In this document: piece by piece, positions 38,938-48,917 of the stretch
How positions within the stretch are numbered: the first letter of the stretch is position 1
Layout of the letters: every line of letters starts with the position of its first letter
DNA from: Pseudomonadota bacterium
Lineage (GTDB): Archaea; Thermoplasmatota; SW-10-69-26; JACQPN01; JAJPHT01
Reading direction: 5' to 3'
Length of the DNA: 64,000 bases
NCBI GenBank assembly: GCA_021325135.1
Contig: JAJPHT010000029.1
Span: 160,001 to 224,000 of the forward strand
Notes under the pieces: model-generated
What the model saw: the letters and a program-made list of their open reading frames with translations, nothing else
What the model was told of the DNA's origin: nothing
Databases searched by the model: none
Made by a program: the position numbers and the translations under genes

Positions 38938-41508
38938 GTGGACGGCGATCCCCTCGCGCTCCTCCACCCGCCCCTCGCGCGGTGGTTCCGCGAGACGCTG
39001 GGCGCCCCCACCCCCGCCCAGGCGCAGGCCATCCCCGCCCTCGCGCGCGGCGAGCACGTCCTCGTCTCCAGCCCCACCGGCAGCGGCAAGACGCTGGCGG
39101 GCTTCCTCGTCCTTCTCAGCGACCTCGCGCGCCTCGCGCAGGAGGGCGCGCTGGAGCCGCGCCCCCACGCCGTGTACGTCTCGCCGCTGAAGGCCCTCGC
39201 GCACGACGTGGCGCGCAACCTCCAGCGCCCCCTGGAAGGCATGGCCGCGGAGCACGCGCGCCTGGGGCTTCCCGACCCGGGCATCCGCGTCGCGATCCGC
39301 ACCGGCGACACGCCCCCCTCCGAGCGCGCCCGGCAGCTTCGCGCGCCGCCGCACGTCGTCGTCACGACCCCCGAGTCGCTGGCCCTTCTGCTATCGTCCG
39401 AAGGCTGGAGGCGCCACCTGCGGAGCGTGCGCTGGGTCGTCGTGGACGAGATCCACGACCTGGCGGCCTCCAAGCGCGGCGCGCACCTCTCGCTCCTGCT
39501 GGAGCGCCTCGACGCGCTGGCCTCGTCGCCGCCCGTCCGCGTAGGCCTTTCCGCCACGGCGTCGCCCCTGGACGAGGTGGCGCGCTTCCTGGCGGGCGGC
39601 CGCCCCGCGCGCGTCGTGGAGGTCCCGCCACAGGGCCCCATGGAGATCGCCCTCGAGCTTGCGATGGAGGACCCGGTGCGGGCGCGCTTCGACCAGGTGG
39701 AGGCCGCGCTGGTGGAGCGCATCCGCGGCATCGTCGAGGCGCACCGCACGACGCTGGTCTTCGTCAACACGCGCCAGCGCGCCGAGTCGCTGGCGCTCAA
39801 GCTCCACGCCGCCATGGGAGACGCCGAGGCGCCCAGCGAGGCGAGCGCGGACCCCGAGTTCCCCGACGAGGAGCCGGCGCCCTCCGTCGCGACGCACCAC
39901 GGCAGCATGAGCCGCGAGGCGCGCCTCGTGGTGGAGGAGCGCCTGAAGCGCCAGCAGGTTCGCTGCGTCGTCGCCAGCAGCAGCCTGGAGCTGGGCATCG
40001 ACGTCGCGGGCGTCGACCACGTCGTGCTGCTGGGCAGCCCCAAGGGCGTCGCGCGCACGCTCCAGCGGGTGGGCCGCAGCGGCCACTTCGTGGGGGGCGT
40101 GCCGCGCGCCACGCTCCTGCTGCGCGACCCCGCCGACGTGCCCGAGGCCGTCGCGCTGCGCGCCCTCGCGCTGGCCCGCGCCCCCGAGCCGCTCTCCCTC
40201 CCCGATGCGCCCCTGGACGTGCTCTCCCAGCACGTCGCGGCCGTCGCGCTGGAGGGCCCGCAGCGCGTGGACGACGCGTGGGCCCTCGCGCGCCGCTCGT
40301 GGTGCTATCGAAACGTCTCCCGGGACGAGTTCGCGCGCCTCGTCGCCCGGCAGCCGTGGGTCCGCCTTGAGGGCGACGCCTTCCACGCCCGCCGCGGCGC
40401 GCGCCAGGTCGTGCTCACGCACACGGGGACGATCCCGGACGCGGGCCGCGTGCGCGTGCTGGAGGAGGGGCGCTTCGTGGGCGAGGTCGAGGAGGCGTTC
40501 GTCGAGACGCTGGAGCCCGGCGACGTCTTCCGCCTGGGCGGCTCCACCTGGCGCGCGCTGCGCGCCGCGGGCATGGCGCTCCACGTCGAGGCCGCCCGCG
40601 GGAAGGACGCCACCGTGCCCGACTGGCGCGGCGAGGGGCTTGGCATGACGCCCCTCCTGGCCCGCGCCACGCGCGACCTCCTCCAGACGCCAGAAGCCAT
40701 TCAAAATCATCTAAAGAACGATTCTTCCGTGACTCAGAATGGCTTCCAGCGTTGGAGCGCCCAGCCGGGATTCGACGCCCAGGAGGGCGACGTGGAGGCC
40801 TTCCTGGACGACGACGGGCGCCGCGCGCTGGTGGTCCACCTGGTGGCGGGCCGGCGCGTGAACGAGGCGCTGGCCCGCGCGCTGGCCGCCCGCCTGGAGC
40901 TGCGCCTTGTGGAGCGCGTCGACGCGCAGGCCAGCGACCTGGGCTTCGCGCTCCTCGCGCCGCGCCGCTGGAAGCCGACACCGCGCGCGCTGGCCGACCT
41001 GCTGCGCGACCCCCTGGAGCCCTCGCTGCGCGCCGCGCTGGCGGGCTCCGAGCTTCTGCGGCGCCGCTTCCGCCACGTCGCGACGCGCATGCTCCTCGTC
41101 CTGCGCCGCGAGGGCGTCCCCCTGGGCCAGCGGCAGCGCGAGGCCAACGGCCTGCTGGCGCGCCTCCAGGAGGAGGAGCCCGACCACCCGGCCCCGGTGG
41201 AGGCGTGGCGCGAGACGCTGCGCCACGCGCTGGACCTTGACGGCGCCGAGCGGGCGCGCGAAGGGCTCGCGGCGCGGCTCTCCTGGGTGCCCGAAGGCCC
41301 CGCGAGCCCGCGCGCCATCCGCGTGCTCGCGCAGATGACCGACCCCGAAGGGCACGCGCGCATCCGCGACGCGGAGGAGACGGCGCGCGCGTTTCCGAGA
41401 GAAGGAGGCAAGGGCGTCCCGCGGCGGTTTGGGGAGGCTGTGGAAAATGGACCGCAGGACGCCTCGCGCCCGGAGGGCGCGACCTCGATCGACCCTACGT
41501 CCTCCTGA
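38938..41508 (+). CDS. lhr: Lhr-like SF2 ATP-dependent helicase
   Basis: PTPAQ, SPTGSGKT, YVSPLKAL, TTPESL, VDEIH, GLSAT, FVNTR, HHGS, SLELGID, QRVGRSGH. Confidence 0.9.
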   Translation: MDGDPLALLHPPLARWFRETLGAPTPAQAQAIPALARGEHVLVSSPTGSGKTLAGFLVLLSDLARLAQEGALEPRPHAVYVSPLKALAHDVARNLQRPLEGMAAEHARLGLPDPGIRVAIRTGDTPPSERARQLRAPPHVVVTTPESLALLLSSEGWRRHLRSVRWVVVDEIHDLAASKRGAHLSLLLERLDALASSPPVRVGLSATASPLDEVARFLAGGRPARVVEVPPQGPMEIALELAMEDPVRARFDQVEAALVERIRGIVEAHRTTLVFVNTRQRAESLALKLHAAMGDAEAPSEASADPEFPDEEPAPSVATHHGSMSREARLVVEERLKRQQVRCVVASSSLELGIDVAGVDHVVLLGSPKGVARTLQRVGRSGHFVGGVPRATLLLRDPADVPEAVALRALALARAPEPLSLPDAPLDVLSQHVAAVALEGPQRVDDAWALARRSWCYRNVSRDEFARLVARQPWVRLEGDAFHARRGARQVVLTHTGTIPDAGRVRVLEEGRFVGEVEEAFVETLEPGDVFRLGGSTWRALRAAGMALHVEAARGKDATVPDWRGEGLGMTPLLARATRDLLQTPEAIQNHLKNDSSVTQNGFQRWSAQPGFDAQEGDVEAFLDDDGRRALVVHLVAGRRVNEALARALAARLELRLVERVDAQASDLGFALLAPRRWKPTPRALADLLRDPLEPSLRAALAGSELLRRRFRHVATRMLLVLRREGVPLGQRQREANGLLARLQEEEPDHPAPVEAWRETLRHALDLDGAERAREGLAARLSWVPEGPASPRAIRVLAQMTDPEGHARIRDAEETARAFPREGGKGVPRRFGEAVENGPQDASRPEGATSIDPTSS

Positions 41509-41590
41509 GGATAAACCTTCGCGGCGGGAGGCCTCGCAGGCAAGCGCGACGCGTCGGGACCTTTAAGGGGCGGAGGCCGTACCCGATTTC

Positions 41591-41902
41591 GTGCAGGCCG
41601 AAGGCCACCCCTTCCGGATGCGGGTCCACCGCCAGGGGCGCGAGGTGCTCGTGGCGGTGAGCGACGCGACACTCGTGGGGAAGGAGTTCCGCGAGGGCAA
41701 CATGCGCCTCCTCGTGAGCGAGCACTTCTACGGCACGGAGCACGCCGACGCCATGGAGGTGCTCCGCCAGCTGGCCGGCTGCACCATCGCCAACCTCGTG
41801 GGCGTCGGCGCCGTGACGCTGGCGATCCAGCACGGCTACGTGGACCCGGAGAACGTGCTGGACATCGACGGCGTGCCCCACGCCCAGATGTGCACAGCGT
41901 GA
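41591..41902 (+). CDS. DUF424 family protein
   Basis: LVAVSD..LVGKEFREG...HFYG...TIANLVG...GYVDPENV..IDGVPHAQ. Confidence 0.9.
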   Translation: MQAEGHPFRMRVHRQGREVLVAVSDATLVGKEFREGNMRLLVSEHFYGTEHADAMEVLRQLAGCTIANLVGVGAVTLAIQHGYVDPENVLDIDGVPHAQMCTA

Positions 41903-41972
41903 TAGCAGCTATCAAAAAGAAACGATAGCAAAATGAAAAGATAGCAAATCAAACTCGATATCAGATATCAAA
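41900..41972. repeat. AT-rich array of GATAKC motifs
   Basis: GATAGC 41901, GCTATC 41908, GATAGC 41924, GATAGC 41940, GATATC 41957, GATATC 41964. Confidence 0.8.
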
Positions 41973-41980
41973 CGGTCGTT

Positions 41981-43027
41981 ATGTTCTGCGTCGTCTGCGG
42001 GAAGGAGAAGCCCATGGAGGAGCTGCGCGGAGGCGTCTGCGCGGCGTGCTACCTCGAGAAGAACGTCCTCGCCTCCGTGCGCGAGAACGTCGACCTGGAG
42101 GTGTGCGTCCACTGCCACGCCCGCAAGCGCGGCGAGGTCTGGGTGGAGGGGCACGGCGGCATGGAGCCCATCGTGGAGGACGCCGTGCGCGAGGCCGTCC
42201 AGTGGGCCAAGGTCGTCGAGCGCCCCCGCGCGCAGATCGAGATCGTGCCCGAGGACGAGCGCAACTTCACCGTCCACGTGCGCGCCACCGGCGTCGCGGA
42301 GGGCGTCCCCTTCGACTCCGCGCTCAGGACGCGCGCCCGCGTCAAGAACGGCACCTGCCTGCGATGCAGCCGCGTCCAGGGGGGCTACTACGAGGCCATC
42401 GTGCAGATCCGCCGCACGAAGCGCGCCATCGGCAAGGAGGAGATGCGCGCGCTCAAGTCGCTGGCCAGCCGCTTCATCGAGCGCGTCGTGAGCGAGGGCG
42501 ACCGCAACGCGTTCGTGCTGCGCGACGAGGAGGTGGACCGCGGCCTGGACGTCTACATGGGCACGACCAACTCGGGCCGCATGCTCGCCAAGCAGATCGC
42601 GCAGGAGTTCGGCGGCAAGACCACCGAGCACGCCAAGACCGTGGGCCAGAAGGACGGCCTCGACCTCGTGCGCATGACCTTCGCCGTCCGCCTCCCCGAG
42701 TACCAGGCCGGCGACGTCGTCGTGGTCAAGGAGGAGCCCGCGCAGATCACCAGCGTCGGCGCCAAGACCGTGCAGGCCCTCGACCTGCGCACCGGCCGCC
42801 TGAAGCACATCGACCGCGACGCGGTGGACAAGGCCCTCGTGCTGCGCCGCGAGGACGCCCTGGACGCCGTCGTCGTCGCGGACCTGGGCGCCGAGCTTCA
42901 GCTCCTCGACCCCGTCACCTACGCCACCGTCAACGTGATCCGCCCCGAGGGGACGGACTCCGTGGGCGAGACGGTGAAGGTGCTGCGCCACGAGGGCGAG
43001 CTTCTCGTGCTGAGGCCGACGCGCTGA
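41981..43027 (+). CDS. nmd3: NMD3-family ribosome maturation protein
   Basis: FCVVCG...CAAC, CVHC, CLRCSR..GGYYEAIVQIR; follows DUF424. Confidence 0.92.
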   Translation: MFCVVCGKEKPMEELRGGVCAACYLEKNVLASVRENVDLEVCVHCHARKRGEVWVEGHGGMEPIVEDAVREAVQWAKVVERPRAQIEIVPEDERNFTVHVRATGVAEGVPFDSALRTRARVKNGTCLRCSRVQGGYYEAIVQIRRTKRAIGKEEMRALKSLASRFIERVVSEGDRNAFVLRDEEVDRGLDVYMGTTNSGRMLAKQIAQEFGGKTTEHAKTVGQKDGLDLVRMTFAVRLPEYQAGDVVVVKEEPAQITSVGAKTVQALDLRTGRLKHIDRDAVDKALVLRREDALDAVVVADLGAELQLLDPVTYATVNVIRPEGTDSVGETVKVLRHEGELLVLRPTR

Positions 43028-43029
43028 GC

Positions 43030-43079
43030 GCACGCCCGTGCACGGGCGTGCACGGGTGCGCCCGGGCGTGCACGCCCGG
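43030..43079. repeat. 10-nt-period palindromic repeat at a convergent junction
   Basis: 22-bp perfect palindrome GCACGCCCGTGCACGGGCGTGC (43030-43051) followed by further GTGCAC units. Confidence 0.7.
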
Positions 43080-43100
43080 CCCCGCCCGTCTCCGCCCGCC

Positions 43101-43823
43101 CTACCCCTCCCGCAGCGCCTTCGCCAGCCGCTCGACGATCCACGCGTTCGCGGCCTTGCCCAGCGCTTCGGACGCGAGCGTGGGGTCGCCCATGACGCCC
43201 TCGGGAAAGTGGCGCTCCGCGTGGGCCTCCACGAGGAAGTCCGGGAACTCGACGCGGTGCGTGCGGCCGCGGCCGTGCACGAGGTCGGGCCGGATGGCCA
43301 GCAGGCGCGAGGTCTCCAGCGCCCCGGCGTGGCCGTCCCAGCGCGGGACGTCGACGCCGGCCGCGGCGCGCGCGTCGAAGTCGTCCAGCAGCTCGTAGTC
43401 CGAGAGGACCCAGACGCGCATCGCGGGGTCCGTCTCCAGGTGCTCCTCGGCGGCGAGCTTGAGCGCGCGCATGTGCGCGCCCCCCGCGTGCCCGCTCACG
43501 AATGCGACCCGCTTGATGCCGTGGCGTTGGCAGTCCGCGAGGATGTCCCGCGCGATGGCGCGCAGCGTGTCGAAGCGGAGGCTGAAGCTGCCGGGGAAGT
43601 TCCGGGTGGAGGAGCAGTTCCCGTAGGCGAGGAGCGGCGCCACGAGCGCGCCCACGCGCTCGGCCACGAGGTCGCACGTGTGCTGCGCCTGGATGCTGTC
43701 CGCGTCCAGGGGCAGGTGCGGGCCGTGTTCCTCCACGATGCCCACGGGCACGAGGAGCGGGGGCTTGGGGGCGAGGGCGGCGAACGCGGGGCTCGTCAGG
43801 TCGCCCAGGCGCACGGGAGGCAT
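43101..43823 (-). CDS. Creatininase family amidohydrolase
   Basis: PVGIVEEHGPHLPLDAD, SGHAG, HAGALETS, GVMGDP. Confidence 0.9.
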   Translation of the reverse strand: MPPVRLGDLTSPAFAALAPKPPLLVPVGIVEEHGPHLPLDADSIQAQHTCDLVAERVGALVAPLLAYGNCSSTRNFPGSFSLRFDTLRAIARDILADCQRHGIKRVAFVSGHAGGAHMRALKLAAEEHLETDPAMRVWVLSDYELLDDFDARAAAGVDVPRWDGHAGALETSRLLAIRPDLVHGRGRTHRVEFPDFLVEAHAERHFPEGVMGDPTLASEALGKAANAWIVERLAKALREG

Positions 43824-43881
43824 GGGGGCGCACTCCCGCGGGCGCGCAAACCCTTTGTGGCCCCCGCGCGCTGGCCGCGCC

Positions 43882-44424
43882 GTGGAGCGGCGCGACGTCG
43901 TCATCGTGCTCATCGGCGCCCTGCTGGTCGCGGGCGCCACGGCCTACGCGGCGGTGGGCGGAGCGCCGGCGCCCGCGACGACGCGGGCGATCGTCCCGGC
44001 GAGCGTGACCCTGCCCCCGCCCTTCCCCGGGCCGCCCCAGGCCGTGCCCACCGGGTACAGCGCTTCGCCCTCGATGTCGGTCCCCGCCAACGCCAGCGCG
44101 CTGCACCTGCGCGTCTGGATCAACGCCACGCCCGCGATGGCGCCCGGCGCGTCGGCGCGCCTGGAGGCCCTCGCGCCCAACGGCACGCGGTACGAGACGG
44201 AGGCCACCGCGCAGCAGGGGGACCCGGGCCTCGCGCTCGCCCTTGATATCGCGGTGGCGACGCCCGCGCTCGACGTCTCGGTCCCCGCGGGCTCGTGGAA
44301 CCTGAGCCTCGCCTTCTCGCCCGGCCTCGCCCCGGCCCCCGCGGGCACGCCCTACGCGCTGGAGAGCCGCGCGGCCGCGGAGGTCTGGACCGTGGTCGAG
44401 GTCCCGGCGCCCTCGGGCAAGTAG
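43882..44424 (+). CDS. Hypothetical membrane-anchored secreted protein
   Basis: GTG start, N-terminal TM helix, N-x-S/T sequons. Confidence 0.65.
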   Translation: MERRDVVIVLIGALLVAGATAYAAVGGAPAPATTRAIVPASVTLPPPFPGPPQAVPTGYSASPSMSVPANASALHLRVWINATPAMAPGASARLEALAPNGTRYETEATAQQGDPGLALALDIAVATPALDVSVPAGSWNLSLAFSPGLAPAPAGTPYALESRAAAEVWTVVEVPAPSGK

Positions 44425-44469
44425 GACCGCTGGGGAAACCCTAAGAACCCCCGCCCCGCTGCGCGCAGC

Positions 44470-44958
44470 ATGGCCCAGCCTCCGAAGGTCGCCATCATCA
44501 TGGGCAGCAAGTCGGACTGGGAGACGATGCGCGCCGCGGCCGAGACGCTGGAGCAGCTTGGCGTGCCCTACGAGCGGCGCGTCGTGAGCGCGCACCGCAC
44601 GCCCGACCTCCTCTTCGAGTTCGTGGCGGGCTGCGAGGCGCGCGGCATCCAGGTGATCATCGCCGGCGCCGGCGGCGCGGCGCACCTGCCCGGCATGGCG
44701 GCGAGCAAGACGACGCTGCCCGTCTTCGGCGTCCCCGTGCAGAGCAAGGCGCTCAACGGCATGGACTCGCTCCTCTCCATCGTGCAGATGCCCAAGGGCG
44801 TCCCGGTGGGCACGCTGGCCATCGGCACGGCGGGCGCGGCCAACGCGGCGCTCCTCGCGGCGCAGGTGCTCGCCCTCCAGGACGCGAAGCTCCGCGAGTC
44901 GCTCAAGGCCCTGCGCGCCGCGGAGCGCGACCGCGTGCTGGGGGAGAGGCTCGATTGA
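44470..44958 (+). CDS. purE: N5-CAIR mutase
   Basis: [34 protein letters not shown]. Confidence 0.97.
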   Translation: MAQPPKVAIIMGSKSDWETMRAAAETLEQLGVPYERRVVSAHRTPDLLFEFVAGCEARGIQVIIAGAGGAAHLPGMAASKTTLPVFGVPVQSKALNGMDSLLSIVQMPKGVPVGTLAIGTAGAANAALLAAQVLALQDAKLRESLKALRAAERDRVLGERLD

Positions 44959-46097
44959 GGCCCCTCCTCCCCGGCTCCACCGTGGGCGTCCTGGGCGGCG
45001 GCCAGCTTGGCCGCATGCTCGCCTTCGAGGCCCACCGGATGGGCTATCGCGTCGTCGTGCTCGACCCCGCCGAGGACGGCCCCGCGGGCCTCGTCGCGGA
45101 TGATATCGTCGTCGGGAAGTGGACCGACGCCAAGGCGGCGCTGGAATTGGCCAAGCGAGCCGACGTCGTGACGCTGGAGACGGAGCACATCCCCTTCGAG
45201 GTGCTCGCCGAGCTGGAGAAGGCAGGCGTCGCGCTGCGCCCCGCGGCGGAGGTGCTGCGCGTCGTGCAGAACCGCCTTCGCCAGAAGCAGTTCCTCCACG
45301 AGAACGGCTTCCCCCAGCCCGCCTTCGCGCACGTGCACGACGCGGCGAGCCTCGCGGACGCCGTCTCCGTCATCGGCGCGCCCGCCGTCCTCAAGAGCCT
45401 CACCGGAGGCTACGACGGAAAGGGCCAGAGCCGCGCGCTCAGCGCGGAGGGCGCGGACGAGGCCTGGTCGCGCATCGGCCGCCAGCCGTGCATCTACGAG
45501 GCGTTCGTCCCCTTCCGCGCCGAGGTGAGCGTCGTGCTGGCCCGCGGAGCGGAGGGCGCCATCGCTTACTATCCCCTCGCCGAGAACGTGCACCGCCACG
45601 GCGTGCTGCACACGACGCGCGCGCCCGCCCGCGTGGACCTGGCGGTGGCGCGCGAGGCGCAGGAGATCGCCTCCGGCATCGCGACCGCGCTGGGCCACGT
45701 GGGCGTCATGGCCGTCGAGATGTTCCTCCTGGAGGACGACTCGCTCCTCGTCAACGAGATCGCGCCGCGCGTCCACAACTCGGGCCACTACACCTTCGGC
45801 GCGTGCGCCACCTCCCAGTTCGAGCAGCACCTCCGCGCCGTCTGCGGGCTCCCCCTGGGCGACCCCGCGCAGATGCGCCCCGCCGCCATGCTCAACCTCC
45901 TGGGCGACTCGTGGGCCCGCGGTGAGCCCGACTGGTCGGCCGTCTTCGCGACGCCCGGCGCCGCGCTGCATCTCTACGGCAAGGCCGACGCGCGCCCCGG
46001 CCGCAAGATGGGCCACGTCACCGTCACGGCGGAGAGCGCCGACGAGGCCCTCGCGCGCTGCGAGGCGATCCACGCGCGGCTTCAGCCTCCGGGCTGA
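44955..46097 (+). CDS. purK: N5-CAIR synthase
   Basis: [47 protein letters not shown]. Confidence 0.96.
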   Translation: MRPLLPGSTVGVLGGGQLGRMLAFEAHRMGYRVVVLDPAEDGPAGLVADDIVVGKWTDAKAALELAKRADVVTLETEHIPFEVLAELEKAGVALRPAAEVLRVVQNRLRQKQFLHENGFPQPAFAHVHDAASLADAVSVIGAPAVLKSLTGGYDGKGQSRALSAEGADEAWSRIGRQPCIYEAFVPFRAEVSVVLARGAEGAIAYYPLAENVHRHGVLHTTRAPARVDLAVAREAQEIASGIATALGHVGVMAVEMFLLEDDSLLVNEIAPRVHNSGHYTFGACATSQFEQHLRAVCGLPLGDPAQMRPAAMLNLLGDSWARGEPDWSAVFATPGAALHLYGKADARPGRKMGHVTVTAESADEALARCEAIHARLQPPG

Positions 46098-46158
46098 GCG
46101 TCGGCGCCAGGGTGCCGCGGCAGGCAACGTTAAGGCGGGCCGCGCGGGTGGCGACGCG

Positions 46159-47601
46159 ATGGCCGCCGGCCTGCGACGCGACCTGGGCCTCTGGTCCGCC
46201 GCCAGCGTCGTCGTGGGCAGCATGATCGGCGTGGGCATCTTCCTGGGCCCGCGCGTCGTCGCGCAGCAGCTCCCCACGCCCGCCCTCATGCTCCTCGCCT
46301 GGGCGCTGGGCGGCCTCTTCGTCCTCTGCGGCGCCATGACCTACGCCGAGATGGGCGCCGCGTTCCCGCGCTCGGGCGGCTCGTACAACTTCATCCGCGA
46401 GGCCTACGGCCCGCTCCCCGCCTTCCTCAACGGCTGGAGCGGCGTCGCCATCGGCAAGGCCGCCAACGTCAGCGCGCTCGCGGTGGGCTTCGGCGAGACG
46501 CTATCGTTCCTCCTCTCCGCGCTGACCCCGCAGCACCTCGCCCTCACGCCCCTCGCCAAGGGCGCCTTGGCCGTCGCGCTCATCCTCGCCCTGGCGCTCG
46601 TCAACGTGCTGGGCGTGCGCCACGCGGGGCGCCTCAGCCTCGCGGCCGCCCTGGTCAAGATGGGCGCCCTCCTCCTCCTCGTGGTCGCGGGCCTCCTCGT
46701 CCTCGCGCCGCGCCTCCCCGCCCTCGCCGCGCAACCCGCCGCCATCCCCGGCGCGAGCCTGGGCGGCGCGCTCTCCGCCTTCGGCCTCGCCCTCATCCCG
46801 ATCTTCTTTGCCTACGACGGCTGGGAGAACAGCACGCAGGTCGCCGAGGAGGTGCGCGACCCCGCGCGCAACGTGCCGCGCAGCCTCGTCCTGGGCACGC
46901 TGGCCGTGCTGGCCGTCTACGTCGCCGCGAACCTCGTCTACCTCCTCGCCCTGGGCCCCGCCTCGGTGGGCGCCAGCACCGCCGCCGCGGGCCAGACCGC
47001 CAGCGTCATCGTCTCGGGCAACGCGGACGCCTCCGCCAGCGCCGCGGGCGCCATCGCGGCCGCGCTCGTGGGCGTCGCCATCGTCCTCTCCATCCTGGGC
47101 ACCGTGAACAACATCGTCCTCACCGGCCCGCGCATCGCGTTCGCCATGAGCCGCGACGGCCTCTTCCCCGCCGGCATCGCGAAGCTCACACGCTGGGGCA
47201 CGCCCGCGCGCGCCATCGCCCTCCAGTGCGCCATCAGCCTCGCCCTTGTCCTGATCCCGCCCGTGGGCGGCGCGCCCCTCTTCGACACGCTGCTCACCTA
47301 CATCATCGTCGACTCGTTCATCTTCTACGCCCTCGCCACCAGCGCGGTCTTCGTCCTGCGCCGCAAGCATCCCGACCTCCCGCGCCCCTTCCGCGTGCCC
47401 CTCTACCCCTGGGTCCCGCTCCTTTTCGTCGTGGGCAGCGCCGCGTTCGTCCTCAACGCCTTCCTGCGCACGCCCCTGGAGGCCAGCGTCGGCGTGCTCA
47501 TCGTCCTCGCGGGCCTCCCGCTCTACGCGCTCCTGCGCCGCGCCGCCAAGCCGCGCCTCGTGCGCGACGCGACCTACGAGGTCGTGGAGACGCCGAGGTA
47601 G
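46159..47601 (+). CDS. APC family amino acid permease
   Basis: GSMIGVGIF, YAEMG..PRSGG.Y, FAYDGWE, EEVRDP.RNVP, RPFRVPLYP. Confidence 0.93.
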   Translation: MAAGLRRDLGLWSAASVVVGSMIGVGIFLGPRVVAQQLPTPALMLLAWALGGLFVLCGAMTYAEMGAAFPRSGGSYNFIREAYGPLPAFLNGWSGVAIGKAANVSALAVGFGETLSFLLSALTPQHLALTPLAKGALAVALILALALVNVLGVRHAGRLSLAAALVKMGALLLLVVAGLLVLAPRLPALAAQPAAIPGASLGGALSAFGLALIPIFFAYDGWENSTQVAEEVRDPARNVPRSLVLGTLAVLAVYVAANLVYLLALGPASVGASTAAAGQTASVIVSGNADASASAAGAIAAALVGVAIVLSILGTVNNIVLTGPRIAFAMSRDGLFPAGIAKLTRWGTPARAIALQCAISLALVLIPPVGGAPLFDTLLTYIIVDSFIFYALATSAVFVLRRKHPDLPRPFRVPLYPWVPLLFVVGSAAFVLNAFLRTPLEASVGVLIVLAGLPLYALLRRAAKPRLVRDATYEVVETPR

Positions 47602-47669
47602 CGCCCTTGGGCCCACCGCTGCGATGGCAAGCATAGGCTTTATTCTGGGTCAGACCTGACGGCCCCTTC

Positions 47670-48038
47670 GTGAGTGCACCCTCCGGCCCCTCCCGTCCCC
47701 CCGCCTATGGCAGCGCGCCCCGTGGGCCCCCGCCCCAGCGCCGCGGCTTCGAAGGGGACGAGCGGCGCGGCGGCGGCACGCCCCGCAAGCGCATGATGGC
47801 CCAGGGGCGCAAGGGCCACTTCATGCACGACGCCAAGGCGCTGCTCGCGCGCACGCAGGGCGGCATGGACGACCAGCACGTGCGCGCGTTCCTGGAGGGC
47901 CTCTTCGCCCGCGGCGCGCGCCACAGCACGGCCGACGCGCAGCAGTTCCTCGACGAGAAGCTCCAGGCCCAGACCATCACGCCGGAGCAGCGCCAGGGGC
48001 TTGGACGCCTCGTCGAGCAGTACTCGTTCTGGCGATAG
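47670..48038 (+). CDS. Hypothetical protein
   Basis: Host-like codons, TTTAT box about 30 nt upstream, helical C-terminus ending YSFWR. Confidence 0.7.
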   Translation: MSAPSGPSRPPAYGSAPRGPPPQRRGFEGDERRGGGTPRKRMMAQGRKGHFMHDAKALLARTQGGMDDQHVRAFLEGLFARGARHSTADAQQFLDEKLQAQTITPEQRQGLGRLVEQYSFWR

Positions 48039-48044
48039 GTCCGG

Positions 48045-48917
48045 CTAGATGGGCAGGACGTACTTCGTCGAGGGGCGCACGATGTCCCAGAAGACCATGC
48101 GGGGCTCCGAGCCGCCGGGAAGCACCGACGCCGACACGACGAACTCCCGCTCCTGGGAGCCCCACCCGAGCCGCCACGGAAGATCGCGCACCAGGTCGAC
48201 GTAGCGGCGCAGGAGAGACTCCGGAAGGGGCGCGTAGGCCTCCTGGTCAAGAAGGAGGGTCCGGTCGATCTTCCGCAGGTGCTCCTCTCCCGCGCCCGCC
48301 AAATCGCCTGGAGACAGAGGAGCCCCCGTGGTGAGGCTCCGGCCGATCTTCTCCAGCCGCAGCCGCTTCGAGATGGCGTAGTCCTCAGGCGTGACCAAGT
48401 GGCGGCTCAGCACGGCGGGAAGGACTCGGTCGGCGTAGCAGAGCAGGCGGATGCGCTCGTGAGGCGTCACGTCTCCACGGTTGATGTCGCTCACGTCGAA
48501 GCCGGGGCCCACGATCTCCAGGATCGCCTCCGCCTTGCCGTTGGGGAGAAGGAGGTTGATGCCGTACAGGTTTTCATGGCGGTCCGAAGGCTCCAGGAGG
48601 GAGACGATGCGGCCCATGGCGAGAATCTCCGGGACCCTGGCATCGACTTCGCGCGCCTCGATCTGGAAACCCCCCCGCATGTACGAGCCCCGCTCCTCGC
48701 TGGAGTCCGTGCGCACGAGGACCTTCTTCCACCCCTTCTGCCGGATGGCCTCTCCAAGCCACGAGGCGATCCCTTCGCTCCAGCGGGTCACGACGAAACC
48801 CTCTCTTGCAGGCAGGCCCAGCCGCCACGTCTCGTACGTGGACGCTGTCTTGGCGTAGGCCCTTAGGGGCGCGGGGGTCGCCTCGGCTCCAAGCACGAAC
48901 GCGCCCTCCGGGATCAC
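48045..48917 (-). CDS. Stand-alone PPDK/PEP-synthase N-terminal-like ATP-grasp protein
   Basis: K...LGLPAREGFVVT, VLVRTDS, EIVGPG...RGDVTPH and FWDIVRP echo PPDK_N motifs; GGGAGG SD; GTGA overlap with the upstream gene. Confidence 0.6.
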   Translation of the reverse strand: MIPEGAFVLGAEATPAPLRAYAKTASTYETWRLGLPAREGFVVTRWSEGIASWLGEAIRQKGWKKVLVRTDSSEERGSYMRGGFQIEAREVDARVPEILAMGRIVSLLEPSDRHENLYGINLLLPNGKAEAILEIVGPGFDVSDINRGDVTPHERIRLLCYADRVLPAVLSRHLVTPEDYAISKRLRLEKIGRSLTTGAPLSPGDLAGAGEEHLRKIDRTLLLDQEAYAPLPESLLRRYVDLVRDLPWRLGWGSQEREFVVSASVLPGGSEPRMVFWDIVRPSTKYVLPI

